A stretch of DNA of 64,000 nucleotides from Alphaproteobacteria bacterium. GTDB lineage: Bacteria > Pseudomonadota > Alphaproteobacteria > Bin95. A program made the position numbers and the translations under genes. The stretch spans positions 2,688,001 through 2,752,000 of the forward strand of contig CBDBGH010000003.1 in assembly GCA_965205265.1 (NCBI GenBank), read 5' to 3'. This document shows, in pieces, positions 35,354 to 45,522 of this stretch. The notes under the pieces were generated by a model that had not been told where the DNA came from, made no database searches, and saw nothing but the letters and a program-made list of their open reading frames with translations. The stretch's first letter is position 1. The number at the start of each line of letters is the position of its first letter.

Positions 35354-35513
35354 AGCCGCCCTTCGATACGCACCCGCTGGCGCGGGCGCTACTCAGGGTG
35401 AGGGACAGGAGGAAGCGGTGCGGGGCTGCTCAGGGTAAGGAAAGGCAGGAAGGCACAGCTCCGAAAATTCCCTCATCCCGAGTAGCGGCGGAGCCGCGTA
35501 TCGAGGGACGGCT
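35354..35513. repeat. Second type of REP-like palindromic element between convergent genes
   Basis: CCCTTCGATACGC...GCTACTCAGGGTGAGGGA paired with TCCCTCATCCCGAGTAGC...GCGTATCGAGGG. Confidence 0.75.
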
Positions 35514-35545
35514 CGACTTCCGTTTCAGACTGAACGGGTCCCGCT

Positions 35546-35992
35546 CTAGCGTTCCTCCAGCGCGGCGCGCATGGCGGCGGCGCCGGCGGCCTCCCGGAGC
35601 GCCTTCACCGTATCCCGGTCGCGAAGCGCGCGCGAGACCCGCGCCAACGCCTTCAGATGCTCCGCGCCGGCGCTTTCGGGCGCGAGCAGCAGGAAGAAGA
35701 GATCGACCGGCTCGTCGTCCACCGCCTCGAAGGGCACGGCCTCCCGCGAGCGGATGAGGAAGCCGTGAATGCCCTCGAGGCCGGCCATCTTGGCGTGCGG
35801 AATGGCGATGCCGCGCCCGACGCCGGTGCTGCCGAGCTTCTCCCGGTCCACCAGCACGGTGAACACCGCCTTCGAGCTGAGCCCCAGGCTGTCGGCTGCG
35901 ACCGACGCCATCTGCTCCAGCGCGTGTTTCTTGCTGGAGGCCTCCAGATCGGCGATCACGCCGCCGGGGCCCACCAGCTCGAGGACGCCCAT
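35546..35992 (-). CDS. ptsN: PTS EIIA-Ntr
   Basis: REKLGSTGVGRGIAIPH, DLFFLLLAPESAGAEHLKALARVSR. Confidence 0.93.
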   Translation of the reverse strand: MGVLELVGPGGVIADLEASSKKHALEQMASVAADSLGLSSKAVFTVLVDREKLGSTGVGRGIAIPHAKMAGLEGIHGFLIRSREAVPFEAVDDEPVDLFFLLLAPESAGAEHLKALARVSRALRDRDTVKALREAAGAAAMRAALEER

Positions 35993-35999
35993 CGCCGCG

Positions 36000-36584
36000 T
36001 CAGCCGCTGCGGCCGGGCTGGCCGTCGGGATCGACCCAGCCGACATTGCCGTCGGCGCGCCGGTAGATCATGTTCAGTCCCCCATGTGCGGCATTGCGGA
36101 AGAGCAGGGCCGGCCGGTCGCCGAAGTCCATGCGCATCACCGCCTCGCCGACGCTGAGCGTGAGCACGTCTTCGGTCATCTCCGCGATGATCGCCGGCGC
36201 GTCCTCGGCCGCCTCCTCGCCCGCGCCTTCCGGCTCGTCGAGGATGCGATGGGCGACCGGCCAGCGGTCCGGTTCGGCCTCTTCGCGGCGATGATGATTG
36301 CGCAGCCGGCGTTTGTGGCGGCGCAGGCGCTTGGCCACCTTGTCCTCGGCTTCGCCGAAGGCCTGCCACGGGTCGGCCGCCTGGCCGTGCGTCTGCACCG
36401 TGAGCCCGCGCCCGGCATGGACCGAGACATCGGCCCGGACGCCCGCACCCTGCTTCGAAAACGCGACCTGGGCGTCGATCGCCCGGTCGAAATAGCGGGC
36501 CACCGACTGCTCGAGCGACGCCTTGACCCTGTCGGCGAGCCTCTGGCTCACCTCCAATTGCTTACCGCTTACGGAAATCCGCAC
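36000..36584 (-). CDS. hpf: Ribosome hibernation promoting factor (long HPF)
   Basis: ISVSGKQLEV, KRLRRHKRRL, LSVGEAVMRMD, YRRADGNVGWVDP. Confidence 0.92.
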   Translation of the reverse strand: MRISVSGKQLEVSQRLADRVKASLEQSVARYFDRAIDAQVAFSKQGAGVRADVSVHAGRGLTVQTHGQAADPWQAFGEAEDKVAKRLRRHKRRLRNHHRREEAEPDRWPVAHRILDEPEGAGEEAAEDAPAIIAEMTEDVLTLSVGEAVMRMDFGDRPALLFRNAAHGGLNMIYRRADGNVGWVDPDGQPGRSG

Positions 36585-36652
36585 CTGCCGCTCCCACCTG
36601 TCTCCGGACCGGGCGGTTCTTCGGAACATTTACGAGCGCAGACCGTCCCCGG

Positions 36653-38080
36653 TCAATGGCCTTTTCCAACGGCGCCCGCCAATTTCCGCCGGCGGCGCTG
36701 CGCGGAGGACGGAATACCCATTGTCTCCCGGTATTTGGCGACCGTGCGGCGCGCAATTTCGATGCCCTCGACGCGCATCGCGTCCGCCAGCTTGTCGTCC
36801 GAAAGCGTCCTGCCGGGGTCCTCGGCATCGACCAGCGCCTTCAACCGGTGCCGGACCGCTTCGGCCGAATGGGCCTCGCCGCCGCCCGTCCCCGCTATGG
36901 CGGCGGTAAAGAAATATTTGAGTTCGAAGAGACCGAGCGGCGTGGCCATCGTCTTGTTGGCGGTCACGCGGCTCACCGTGCTCTCGTGGAGTCCCACCGC
37001 GGCTGCAATGTCCCTGAGCGTCAGCGGGCGCAGATGCCGGACTCCCCGGGCGAAGAAGTCATGCTGCCGGCGCACCAGCTCGGCGGCGACCTTGAGCATG
37101 GTTTCCGCCCGCTGGTGCAGCGCCTTCACCAGCCAGTTGGCGCTGCTCAGCCTGTCGGCGATGAACTCGCGATCGGCGTCCGAGGCCGCATCGCCGCGCA
37201 CGCGCGCGTAATACTCGCGGTCCACCAGAACGCGCGGCAGCGCCTCGTCATTGAGTTCGACCGCCCAGCCGCCGCCGGCATGCGCGCGGACCAGGATATC
37301 CGGGACTGCCGGCATGATGGCCGCATCCCCGTCGAAGGCGGACGCCGGTTTCGGATCCAGAGACCGCAGCTCCCGCACCATTGCCGCGAGTTCGTCCCTG
37401 TCGACGCCGCAGGCCCTGGCGAGGACATCGAAGCGCCTCGCCGCCAGCAGGTCCAGATGGTCGAGCAGCGCCGCCATGGCCGGTCCGTAGCGGCCCCGGT
37501 CGCGCAATTGCAGGGCCAGGCATTCGGCGAGCGACCGGGCGAACAGGCCCGCCGGCTCGAACTGCTGCAGGCTTAGCAGCACCCGCTCGATATCCTCCGG
37601 CAACGCGCCGAGGCCGCGGGCGAAGTCCTCCGGATCGGCGGTGAACCAGCCGGAGGGGTCGAGCGCGTCGATGAGCGCCCGCCCGATCAGCCGGTCGCGG
37701 GGATCGGCGATGTCGAGCATCAACTGTCGCTCCAGGCGGTCGCGCAGGCTGGGCGCCGCCGCCACCCGCTCCTCGGGGCCGGGCAAATCGCCGTCGAAGC
37801 CTGCCGCAGAGCGGGGGACGGCGAACGCGTCCGCCGCAGGAATGCCCTCTCCTGTCGTTCCGGCAGGGAATTCGGGCCCGCCGGGCGCAGCGGCCGCGGC
37901 CTCGCCGTCGGTTTCGCTGCGCTTCAGCAGCGGGTTCTCCTCAAGCTGGGATTCGACGAATGCCTCCAGTTCGAGGCTGCCCATCTGCAGCAGCCTGATC
38001 GACTGCAGCAGCCTGGGCGTCATCGCCAGCCCCTGGGCCTGGCGTTGCCGCAGCCTCGGTCCGGGCGTCATCGTCCTCAT
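36653..38080 (-). CDS. rpoN: RNA polymerase sigma-54 factor
   Basis: LAMTPRL.QSI.LLQ, HESTVSRVT HTH, ARRTVAKYRE RpoN box. Confidence 0.97.
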   Translation of the reverse strand: MRTMTPGPRLRQRQAQGLAMTPRLLQSIRLLQMGSLELEAFVESQLEENPLLKRSETDGEAAAAAPGGPEFPAGTTGEGIPAADAFAVPRSAAGFDGDLPGPEERVAAAPSLRDRLERQLMLDIADPRDRLIGRALIDALDPSGWFTADPEDFARGLGALPEDIERVLLSLQQFEPAGLFARSLAECLALQLRDRGRYGPAMAALLDHLDLLAARRFDVLARACGVDRDELAAMVRELRSLDPKPASAFDGDAAIMPAVPDILVRAHAGGGWAVELNDEALPRVLVDREYYARVRGDAASDADREFIADRLSSANWLVKALHQRAETMLKVAAELVRRQHDFFARGVRHLRPLTLRDIAAAVGLHESTVSRVTANKTMATPLGLFELKYFFTAAIAGTGGGEAHSAEAVRHRLKALVDAEDPGRTLSDDKLADAMRVEGIEIARRTVAKYRETMGIPSSAQRRRRKLAGAVGKGH

Positions 38081-38137
38081 GCAGCCGTTCGCCGCTCCCG
38101 TCCTCTCCCCCGGGGCGCGTTATAGCCCAAAACGGTG

Positions 38138-38881
38138 CTACAGGCTGAAGCTGTCGCCCAGATAGACGCGGCGGACATGCTCGTCGGCGATGATGTCGGC
38201 CGGAAGGCCTTCCTTGAGGATGGCCCCGCCCGCCAGGATATAGGCGCGATCCACGATCTCCAGCGTCTCGCGGACATTGTGGTCGGTAATCAGCACACCG
38301 ATGCCGCGGTCCTTGAGATGCGAGACGAGGTCGCGGATCTCGCCGACGGCAATGGGGTCGATGCCGGCCAGCGGCTCATCCAGCAGCACGTAGTTCGGGC
38401 GCGCCGCCAGTGAGCGCGCGATCTCCACCCGCCGCCGCTCGCCGCCGGAAAGCGCCATCGCCGCCGAACGGCGCAAATGGCCGATGGCGAACTCCTGCAG
38501 CAGGTCTTCCAGCACCGCGGCGCGCATGTTCCGGTCCTTCTCGACGACTTCGAGCACGGCGCGGATGTTCGCCTCCACCGTCATGCCGCGGAAGATCGAG
38601 GGCTCCTGCGGCAGATAGCCGAGCCCGAGCCGCGCGCGGCGGTAGAGCGGAAGGCCGGTCACGTCCTGCCCGTCGATGCTGACATTTCCTCTGTCCGGCA
38701 CGGTCAGGCCGGTCATGATGTAGAAGCAGGTGGTCTTGCCGGCGCCGTTGGGCCCGAGCAGGCCAACGGCCTCGCCCCGCCCGACGGAAAGCGAGACATC
38801 GCGCAGGACCGTGCGTCTGCGATAGCGTTTGGCGAGGCCGGATGCGGTGAGGCCGGACGCGGCGAGGCCGGGCTCCCTCAT
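38138..38881 (-). CDS. lptB: LPS export ABC ATPase
   Basis: GPNGAGKTT, YLPQEPSIF, LSGGERRRVEIAR, LITDHNVRETL. Confidence 0.96.
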   Translation of the reverse strand: MREPGLAASGLTASGLAKRYRRRTVLRDVSLSVGRGEAVGLLGPNGAGKTTCFYIMTGLTVPDRGNVSIDGQDVTGLPLYRRARLGLGYLPQEPSIFRGMTVEANIRAVLEVVEKDRNMRAAVLEDLLQEFAIGHLRRSAAMALSGGERRRVEIARSLAARPNYVLLDEPLAGIDPIAVGEIRDLVSHLKDRGIGVLITDHNVRETLEIVDRAYILAGGAILKEGLPADIIADEHVRRVYLGDSFSL

Positions 38882-39678
38882 CGCGCCGGCGCGAGGTCCG
38901 TCGCTCCGGGCTCGAACAGGCCGCTCACCCGCCCGCCGGCGCCCGCCACAAGGCGGCTGCGGCCCTTTGCGATGTCCACCTCGGCGCATTCGCCGGCCAT
39001 CCGGTTGGGGCCCTGCTGCAGGCGGACATTGCCGCAGACTTCGGCAGTCTGCGCCTCGGTGTCGTAGAAGCCGCGCTCGCCGGTAACCGAGTCCGGCCCG
39101 TTGCGGACCTCCACCTTGCCGAACGCTTCCAGGCGCCGCGCCGCCAGCTTGCCGTCTCCCACATCCTCGAACCGCAGCACCAGCGTTTCGGCCGAGACGG
39201 ACTCCTCCGCCCGCACCGCCCGCACCGCGCCCCGCGCCACGGCGTAATTCTCGTCCCTGTGGAATTCGAGGCTGTCGTGCGCCGTGATCCGGTAGTCCGC
39301 GGTCCGGAGCGAAAGGTCGCCGCCGCGAAGCACGATGAGCGACCGGTCGAGGTCGTAGATCGCCTCGGCGCCGTTCGCCGTTCCGTCGGGCGAGTCGATC
39401 GTCACGCCGCCCCGCGCCTCGACCCGTTCGATTTGCGTTTTTCCCGCCTCGTCCGACCGGTAGTGGGCGGACAGGGTCTCCGCCTGCAGCACGAGTTCGC
39501 CCTGTGCGGCGCGGACATTCCCCTCCGCGATATAGACCTTCTCGTCCCGGCGCCACTCGATGCTCCGGCCGGCTTCGATCTGGAACGGCCCGCCCGTGCC
39601 GGCCGCGAGGTCGAGCTCGAAGCCCCACGCCGCCGCGGAGGCCAGAACCGGGAGGATGGCGAACGCGGCCCGCTTCAT
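38878..39678 (-). CDS. lptA: LptA/OstA family periplasmic protein
   Basis: Signal peptide, repeated beta-jellyroll motifs, position between lptC and lptB. Confidence 0.85.
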   Translation of the reverse strand: MKRAAFAILPVLASAAAWGFELDLAAGTGGPFQIEAGRSIEWRRDEKVYIAEGNVRAAQGELVLQAETLSAHYRSDEAGKTQIERVEARGGVTIDSPDGTANGAEAIYDLDRSLIVLRGGDLSLRTADYRITAHDSLEFHRDENYAVARGAVRAVRAEESVSAETLVLRFEDVGDGKLAARRLEAFGKVEVRNGPDSVTGERGFYDTEAQTAEVCGNVRLQQGPNRMAGECAEVDIAKGRSRLVAGAGGRVSGLFEPGATDLAPAR

Positions 39679-40313
39679 TGCCGGGGCGCCGCCGGGGCCG
39701 GGTCGAAGCTGACGGTGGAGCGGCCGAGCAGGCGGATCCTGTTGCCGCCGTCCAGTACCCGGAACCCCTCGGCCCGGAACCGGCCGGAATTGCCCGCGCC
39801 CTCCACCGGCCTGTCGCCGGACGCGGTTCTGTCGGCAATGTTGACGAATGCCGACTGGGTGAGGATCGCATAGCCGGCCTCGTGGCGGAGCTGGACCTCG
39901 CCCGACAGATGCACCGTCCGCTCCGTCCAGTCCACAATGCCGCTCTCGCCGCTGCCGGACAGCCATGCGCCGCCCGGGAGGACCATCCAGGCCCTCGGGC
40001 GTTCCATGTGGAAGCGCCGGCCCTCGCTGCCGAGCCGCCGGACCCCGGTGGACCGGATCGAGAAGGGCCGGTCGTCGTCCCAGCCGAATGCCTCCATATT
40101 GGTCATCGCGAGCTGCGCCGTCGCCTCGTCCTTCCATTCCGGCCCCAGAATCTCGTCGGTTTCCGGCCAGGTAAAGACCGCAAGCAGCAGGGCCCCCGCT
40201 GCAGCCGGCAAGGCGATTTTCGCCCACTGCACGAACGAAGAATAGGAGCGCGAATCGTGCGGCCTCCGGCCCCTGCCGGCGAAAGCGAAATATGCCCGGC
40301 CGCGAGGCGCCAC
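39675..40313 (-). CDS. lptC: LPS export protein LptC
   Basis: YSSFV..AKI.LP TM anchor, D.DDRPFSI, position in the kdsD-lptCAB operon. Confidence 0.85.
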   Translation of the reverse strand: MAPRGRAYFAFAGRGRRPHDSRSYSSFVQWAKIALPAAAGALLLAVFTWPETDEILGPEWKDEATAQLAMTNMEAFGWDDDRPFSIRSTGVRRLGSEGRRFHMERPRAWMVLPGGAWLSGSGESGIVDWTERTVHLSGEVQLRHEAGYAILTQSAFVNIADRTASGDRPVEGAGNSGRFRAEGFRVLDGGNRIRLLGRSTVSFDPAPAAPRQ

Positions 40314-40316
40314 CGC

Positions 40317-41288
40317 TCAGGCGACCCCGGCGCGCAGGCAGTCGTGGACATGGACGATGCCGACGGGCGCGTCGTCCTCGACCACAAAGAGGGCGGTAAT
40401 CTGCGCCTCGTTCATGACCGCCAGCGCCTCGGCCACCAGCGCCCTCGGGCGGATGGTCTTGGGCGATGCGGTCATGATCGCCGAGACGGGGCGCTGCAAC
40501 AGGTCCGTGCTCATCGAGCGCCGCAGGTCGCCGTCCGTCACGATGCCGAGAAGCGCGCCCGCATCGTCCGTCACGCCGACGCAGCCGAACGCCTTGGACG
40601 AAATCTCGAACAGGGCCTCGCCCATGACCGTGTCGGGCCCGACGAGCGGCATGGCGTCGCCCGCATGCATGATATCGGAGACGAGCTTGAGGCTCTGGCC
40701 GAGCGAGCCGCCGGGATGCAGGGTGCGGAAATCGTCCGCCGAGAAGCCCTTGCGCTCCAGCAGCGCCACCGCCAGGGCATCGCCGAGCGCCAGCATCATG
40801 GTGGTCGAGGTGGTGGGCGCAAGGCCCATCGGGCAGGCCTCGGACACCGGCGGCAGCACGACCGCCAGCGCCGCCGCTTCGGCGAGCGGACTGTCGGCAT
40901 TCGCCGTTACCGCGATCAAGGGCACGGAGTAGCGCGCTGCATGGGCAATTACGGCGGCGAGCTCGGCCGTGCCGCCGGAGTTCGAAAGCGCCAGCAGAAC
41001 ATCGTCCCGCGCAATCATCCCGAGGTCGCCATGCGCCGCTTCGCCCGGATGGACGAAATGCGCGGGCGTGCCCGTCGAGGCCAGGGTGGAGGCGATCTTG
41101 ACGGCGACATGGCCGCTCTTGCCCATCCCGCAAACGATCACCCGCCCGCTGGCCCCGGCCAGGATATCCACCGCTTCGTCGAAGGCCCCGTCCAGACTGT
41201 TGGCGAGCGACAGCAGCGCATCCGCTTCCATCGACAGCACCCGGCGTCCGGCCGCGCGCACTGCGTTATCCGGGGATTCAGTGAGCAA
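40317..41288 (-). CDS. kdsD: Arabinose-5-phosphate isomerase KdsD/KpsF (TTG start inferred)
   Basis: GMGKSGH, HPGEAAHGDLG, APTTSTT, HPGGSLG, CBS pair. Confidence 0.94.
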   Translation of the reverse strand: MLTESPDNAVRAAGRRVLSMEADALLSLANSLDGAFDEAVDILAGASGRVIVCGMGKSGHVAVKIASTLASTGTPAHFVHPGEAAHGDLGMIARDDVLLALSNSGGTAELAAVIAHAARYSVPLIAVTANADSPLAEAAALAVVLPPVSEACPMGLAPTTSTTMMLALGDALAVALLERKGFSADDFRTLHPGGSLGQSLKLVSDIMHAGDAMPLVGPDTVMGEALFEISSKAFGCVGVTDDAGALLGIVTDGDLRRSMSTDLLQRPVSAIMTASPKTIRPRALVAEALAVMNEAQITALFVVEDDAPVGIVHVHDCLRAGVA

Positions 41289-41889
41289 AGATGTCCTCCT
41301 CGGCCCAGCCTTCGAGGTCGAGCCGCGCGCGAACCGGCAGGAAATCGAAACAGGCCGCCGCCAGTTCCATCCGGCCCTCCCTGGCAAGCATCGAATCCAG
41401 CCGTTCCTTCAGGCGGTGAAGATACAACACATCGGCGGCGGCGTAGTCCCGCTGCGGCCCGGTGAGGTCCGATGCGCCCCAGTCGGACGATTGCTGGGTC
41501 TTGGAGATCTCGATGCCGAGCAATTCCTTGCAGAGGTCCTTCAGGCCGTGCCGGTCGGTGTAGGTGCGCACCAGCCGGGAGGCCGTGCGGGTGCAATATA
41601 CGGGCCGGGCCGCCGCGCCGAGATAGCGGTCCAGCACCGCGAGGTCGAAGCGGGCGAAGTGGAACAATTTGGTGACGCCCGGGTCCGTCAGCAAGGCCTT
41701 GAGACGCGGGGCGGCATAATCGCCGTCGGGAAACTGGACCAGATGGGCGTTGCCGTCTCCCGCCGAGAGCTGGACCACGCAGAGCCGGTCCCGGAACGGC
41801 TTCAGCCCCATGGTTTCGGTATCGACCGCCGCCATGGCGCCGAAGGTCAGGCCTTCGGGAATATCTTTGCGGTGGAGGTGGACTGCCAT
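41278..41889 (-). CDS. rnd: Ribonuclease D-like 3'-5' exonuclease
   Basis: AVDTETMGL, RDRLCVVQLS, FHFARFD, QQSSDWG, YAAADV. Confidence 0.9.
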   Translation of the reverse strand: MAVHLHRKDIPEGLTFGAMAAVDTETMGLKPFRDRLCVVQLSAGDGNAHLVQFPDGDYAAPRLKALLTDPGVTKLFHFARFDLAVLDRYLGAAARPVYCTRTASRLVRTYTDRHGLKDLCKELLGIEISKTQQSSDWGASDLTGPQRDYAAADVLYLHRLKERLDSMLAREGRMELAAACFDFLPVRARLDLEGWAEEDIFAH

Positions 41890-42095
41890 TGCGCGGAGCC
41901 TAGCATACCCCCTCCGTTCGGGGGAGACGCGCGGGGACCGGGACCCGACCCGGCCGATATAGACCGGCATTTGACAGCCCAGGCCGGCTGCGCGAGTGTT
42001 CCGGCGGTGTGACAGGCAGGACTTGCGAGTCGCCGGCGGGCGCGGGCGAGTCCCGTCCTGCCCGCTGACGTTAGCAACCGGGAGGAGGAATTTTC

Positions 42096-43088
42096 ATGAC
42101 CGCAATGCGTCGAGTATTGCCCCTGACGGCCGCGGCTGCGCTGTTGTCGTTCGGCGCCACCGCGCTTTCGGCGGCGGAATGGGATCTGCCGCTGGCCTGG
42201 CCGGACGGCAATTTCCATGTCGAAAACGCCAAGGTGTTTGCCGCCGAGGTCGAGAAGGCGACCGAAGGCCGCGTCAAGATCAACATCCATCCCGGCGGCT
42301 CGCTCGGTTTCAAGGGCCCGGAGATGTTGACCGCGGTCCGCGACGGGCTCGTGCCCATCGGCGACGTGCTGCTGAACCAGCAGGTCGGCGAATCTGCGCT
42401 TGTGGGTATCGAGGCCCAGCCCTATCTGGTCTCCGGCTTCGATGAACTGCGGACCCTGCACGAGCATTTCCGCCCGGTGCTGAACGAGGTCGCGGCCCAG
42501 TTCAACCAGAAGGTGCTCTACATGGTGCCGTGGCCCCGGCAATATGTTTACACGAAGGTGCCGATCGGCAAGCTCGAGGATCTGGCGGGCATCAAGATCC
42601 GCACCTATGACAAGACGACCACCGCGCTGTTCAACGCCATCGGCATGACGGCGGTCCAGCTTCCCTGGGGCGAGGTCGTGCCGTCGCTCGCCGCCGGCAC
42701 CATCGACGCCGTCACCACCTCCGCGAGTTCGGGCGTGGACGGCAAGTTCTGGGAGTTTCTCAAGTTCATGTATCCGACCGCCCATGTCTGGGGTTCGAAC
42801 ATGGTGAACGTCAATCTGGACGCCTGGGCGGCCATCGACGAGAAGGACCGGGCGGCCATCGAGGAGGTCGCCAAGCGGCTCGAGGCCCCGTTCTGGGATG
42901 TCAGCCGCATGGAGGACGAGGCCAAGTCCAAGATCCTGAACGACAACGGCGTCGCGATGGGCGTGGTCACGCCCGAGATGCTCTCGGGCATGCAGAACGC
43001 CACCAAGCCCATGGTCGCCGCCTACATGGAAGCCAATCCGAAGGCCAAGATGGTCATCGAGAACTTCTGGAAGGCTGTCGGACGCTGA
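42096..43088 (+). CDS. TRAP transporter substrate-binding protein DctP
   Basis: Signal peptide, HPGGSLGFKG, G.KIRTY, LPWGEV..SLAAG.ID. Confidence 0.92.
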   Translation: MTAMRRVLPLTAAAALLSFGATALSAAEWDLPLAWPDGNFHVENAKVFAAEVEKATEGRVKINIHPGGSLGFKGPEMLTAVRDGLVPIGDVLLNQQVGESALVGIEAQPYLVSGFDELRTLHEHFRPVLNEVAAQFNQKVLYMVPWPRQYVYTKVPIGKLEDLAGIKIRTYDKTTTALFNAIGMTAVQLPWGEVVPSLAAGTIDAVTTSASSGVDGKFWEFLKFMYPTAHVWGSNMVNVNLDAWAAIDEKDRAAIEEVAKRLEAPFWDVSRMEDEAKSKILNDNGVAMGVVTPEMLSGMQNATKPMVAAYMEANPKAKMVIENFWKAVGR

Positions 43089-43104
43089 ACGACCGTTAGG
43101 CGGC

Positions 43105-43133
43105 GCGGCTCCCCGGTTCCGCCGGGGAGCCGC
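43105..43133 (+). other. Intercistronic stem-loop after dctP
   Basis: Perfect 12-bp stem GCGGCTCCCCGG/CCGGGGAGCCGC with 5-nt loop and no U-tract. Confidence 0.65.
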
Positions 43134-43149
43134 TCGCAGGGAGGGGCCG

Positions 43150-43674
43150 GTGCGGGCAGCGCTGAGTGCCGTGGACAGGGTGTCTCAAGCCGCCGGCGTC
43201 ATTGCCGTGCTGCTCGTGGTCGGCATCGTGATCCTGATTATCGCGGAAGTGATCTGCCGCACGGTCTTCAACATCTCGCTCAGCTTCGCCTGGGAATACA
43301 GTTCCTATTTCCTGGGCACCGCGATCTTCCTCGGCGCCGCCTTCACGCTTCGAACCGGCGGCCAGGTCCGCGTTGCGTTCCTGATCACCAGCCGCAACGC
43401 CCGCGTGGCCTACATGTCCGAACTTCTGGCCACGGTCTTCGGCGTCGCCATCACCTGTTACTTGGCCTATTCCATGATCCTGTTCGCCTGGCAGACTTTC
43501 GTCGCCGGCAGCACCTCGTTCACCGTGGTCGCCGTACCCCTGATCTATCCGACCTCCGGCCTCGCGGTCGGCGCAACGCTCCTGGCCGTCCAGATGATCG
43601 TCCGCCTCATCCGGCTGCTTATCGACGATCCGCCGGACGACCGGGAAGCCATGCGCTCCTACAGCGTCGAGTAA
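43150..43674 (+). CDS. TRAP small permease DctQ
   Basis: Four TM segments, EYSSY, FTLRTGGQVRV. Confidence 0.9.
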   Translation: MRAALSAVDRVSQAAGVIAVLLVVGIVILIIAEVICRTVFNISLSFAWEYSSYFLGTAIFLGAAFTLRTGGQVRVAFLITSRNARVAYMSELLATVFGVAITCYLAYSMILFAWQTFVAGSTSFTVVAVPLIYPTSGLAVGATLLAVQMIVRLIRLLIDDPPDDREAMRSYSVE

Positions 43675-43690
43675 CAGGGCCGGGGCGTCC

Positions 43691-44995
43691 ATGACAACCA
43701 CCATTGTCTTCACGGTCCTCGGCCTTCTTGCAGTCACGCTTGCCGCGGGCGTGTGGGTCGCCGTCTCGCTGTTTTCCGTCGGGCTGATCTCGCTCGGCGT
43801 CTTCCGGTCCATGCCGGTGGAGAAGCTGCTCGCCCAGATGATCTGGAACGTCACGACGACGCCGGAACTGCTGGCGCTGCCGATGTTCATCCTGATGGCG
43901 GAAATCCTGTTCCGCACCAAGCTTTCCGAGACGCTGTTCGCCGGCATCACGCCCTGGACGACCCGCCTTCCGGGCCGCCTGCTGCATGTCAATGTGCTCG
44001 GCTGCACGCTCTTCGCCGCGATTTCGGGCTCGTCCGCCGCCACCACGGCCACGGTGGGGCGCATCACGCTCACCGAGCTGTTCCGGCGGGGCTACGACAA
44101 GGACCTGGCGATGGGGTCGCTGGCGGGCGCCGGCACGCTCGGCCTGCTGATCCCGCCGAGCCTGGTGCTGATCGTTTACGGCGTGCTCGCCGAGACCTCG
44201 ATCCTGAAGCTCTTCATCGCCGGCGTCGTTCCGGGCCTGCTGCTGGCGCTCGGCTACATGCTCTACATCGCGGTCAGGACGCTCACCCGGCCTTCCATGG
44301 CGTCGAACGAGGACCTCCATGTCCCGATGGCCGAGCGGCTGGCCGGCCTTCGCCATCTCGGTCCGGTCGTCTTCCTGATCGTCCTCGTTCTGGGCTCCAT
44401 GTACGGCGGTTACGCCAGCCCGTCTGAGGCCGCAGCCGTCGGCGTCGTCGGCGCGCTCATCGTGAGCGCGATGCAGGGCACGCTCACCTTCGGCAATCTG
44501 CGCCAGGCCTGTTTCGGCGCCGTGCGCACCATCTCGATGATCGGCCTGATCGTGGCAGGCGCCTATTTCCTGTCCATCGCCATCGGCTATCTGGGCGTGC
44601 CGCGCATCATCGCCGGCGAGATCGCCGGGCTCGGCCTCTCGCCTTTCGGGCTCATCCTGCTGCTGCTGGTGTTCTATGCCATTCTCGGCTGCGTGCTGGA
44701 GGGCATGTCGAGCATCGTCATGACCTTGCCGATCACCCTTGCGCTGGTCACGCAGGCGGGCTTCGACAAGGTGTGGTTCGGCATTTTCCTGGTGATCGTC
44801 GTCGAGATGGCGCAGATCACGCCGCCGGTCGGCTTCAACCTGTTCGTCATTCAGGGCATGACGGGCGAGAAGATCGGCCGCATCGCCATTGCGACGCTGC
44901 CCTTCTTCTTCATCATGGCAGGCATGGCGCTCCTGATTACGATCTTTCCCGAGATCGTCATGTTCCTGCCCGACAACATCAAGCTGAAGGGCTGA
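43691..44995 (+). CDS. TRAP large permease DctM
   Basis: LLALPMFILM, AISGSSAAT, GTLGLLIPPS, QITPPVGFNLF. Confidence 0.93.
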   Translation: MTTTIVFTVLGLLAVTLAAGVWVAVSLFSVGLISLGVFRSMPVEKLLAQMIWNVTTTPELLALPMFILMAEILFRTKLSETLFAGITPWTTRLPGRLLHVNVLGCTLFAAISGSSAATTATVGRITLTELFRRGYDKDLAMGSLAGAGTLGLLIPPSLVLIVYGVLAETSILKLFIAGVVPGLLLALGYMLYIAVRTLTRPSMASNEDLHVPMAERLAGLRHLGPVVFLIVLVLGSMYGGYASPSEAAAVGVVGALIVSAMQGTLTFGNLRQACFGAVRTISMIGLIVAGAYFLSIAIGYLGVPRIIAGEIAGLGLSPFGLILLLLVFYAILGCVLEGMSSIVMTLPITLALVTQAGFDKVWFGIFLVIVVEMAQITPPVGFNLFVIQGMTGEKIGRIAIATLPFFFIMAGMALLITIFPEIVMFLPDNIKLKG

Positions 44996-45020
44996 ACCGC
45001 CGGTCTCCGGCGATCCCGCT

Positions 45021-45464
45021 TCACTCCGCCGCTGCGGGATGCGGCGCGGTGCGTTCGATCAGCGCCTTCAGCGCCGCCATCGATTCCTCATGCCGGCGCA
45101 AGGCCTCCTCGTCGCGCCGCTTAGCCTCCTCGTCGCGCCGCCGGGCGTCCTCGTCCGCCCTGGCGGCGTCGCGCGCAAAGGCCGTCATCACTTCCTCGTG
45201 GCGGCGCTCGTCGGCTTCGTAGCGCCGGCGCGATTCCTCCCTGGCGGCATCCCGCTCCGCCTTCCAGGCGGCGTGCTCCGCTTGCCGGGTAGCGATCTCG
45301 GCGTCCCGGTCCGCCTTGCGCTGGGCGGAACTCCGGTCCATCGCGCGGATGCCGACCCAGATCACCCCGATCTGGCCGGTGCCGACCAGCAGGCCGACCG
45401 CCACCAACGCCATCGCCGCCAGCGCCGTGGCCGCATTGGGGTGCGCGATTATCCAGTCCAGCAT
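45021..45464 (-). CDS. Hypothetical TM + coiled-coil protein with heptad repeats
   Basis: N-terminal hydrophobic helix, RRDEEAK/RRDEEAL/RRHEESM repeats, GGAG RBS. Confidence 0.65.
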   Translation of the reverse strand: MLDWIIAHPNAATALAAMALVAVGLLVGTGQIGVIWVGIRAMDRSSAQRKADRDAEIATRQAEHAAWKAERDAAREESRRRYEADERRHEEVMTAFARDAARADEDARRRDEEAKRRDEEALRRHEESMAALKALIERTAPHPAAAE

Positions 45465-45522
45465 CCGCCATTCTCCGCCGCCATGCTGACCGGCAGGCTC
45501 CGTCCGGTCAAGCCGCCCGGCT

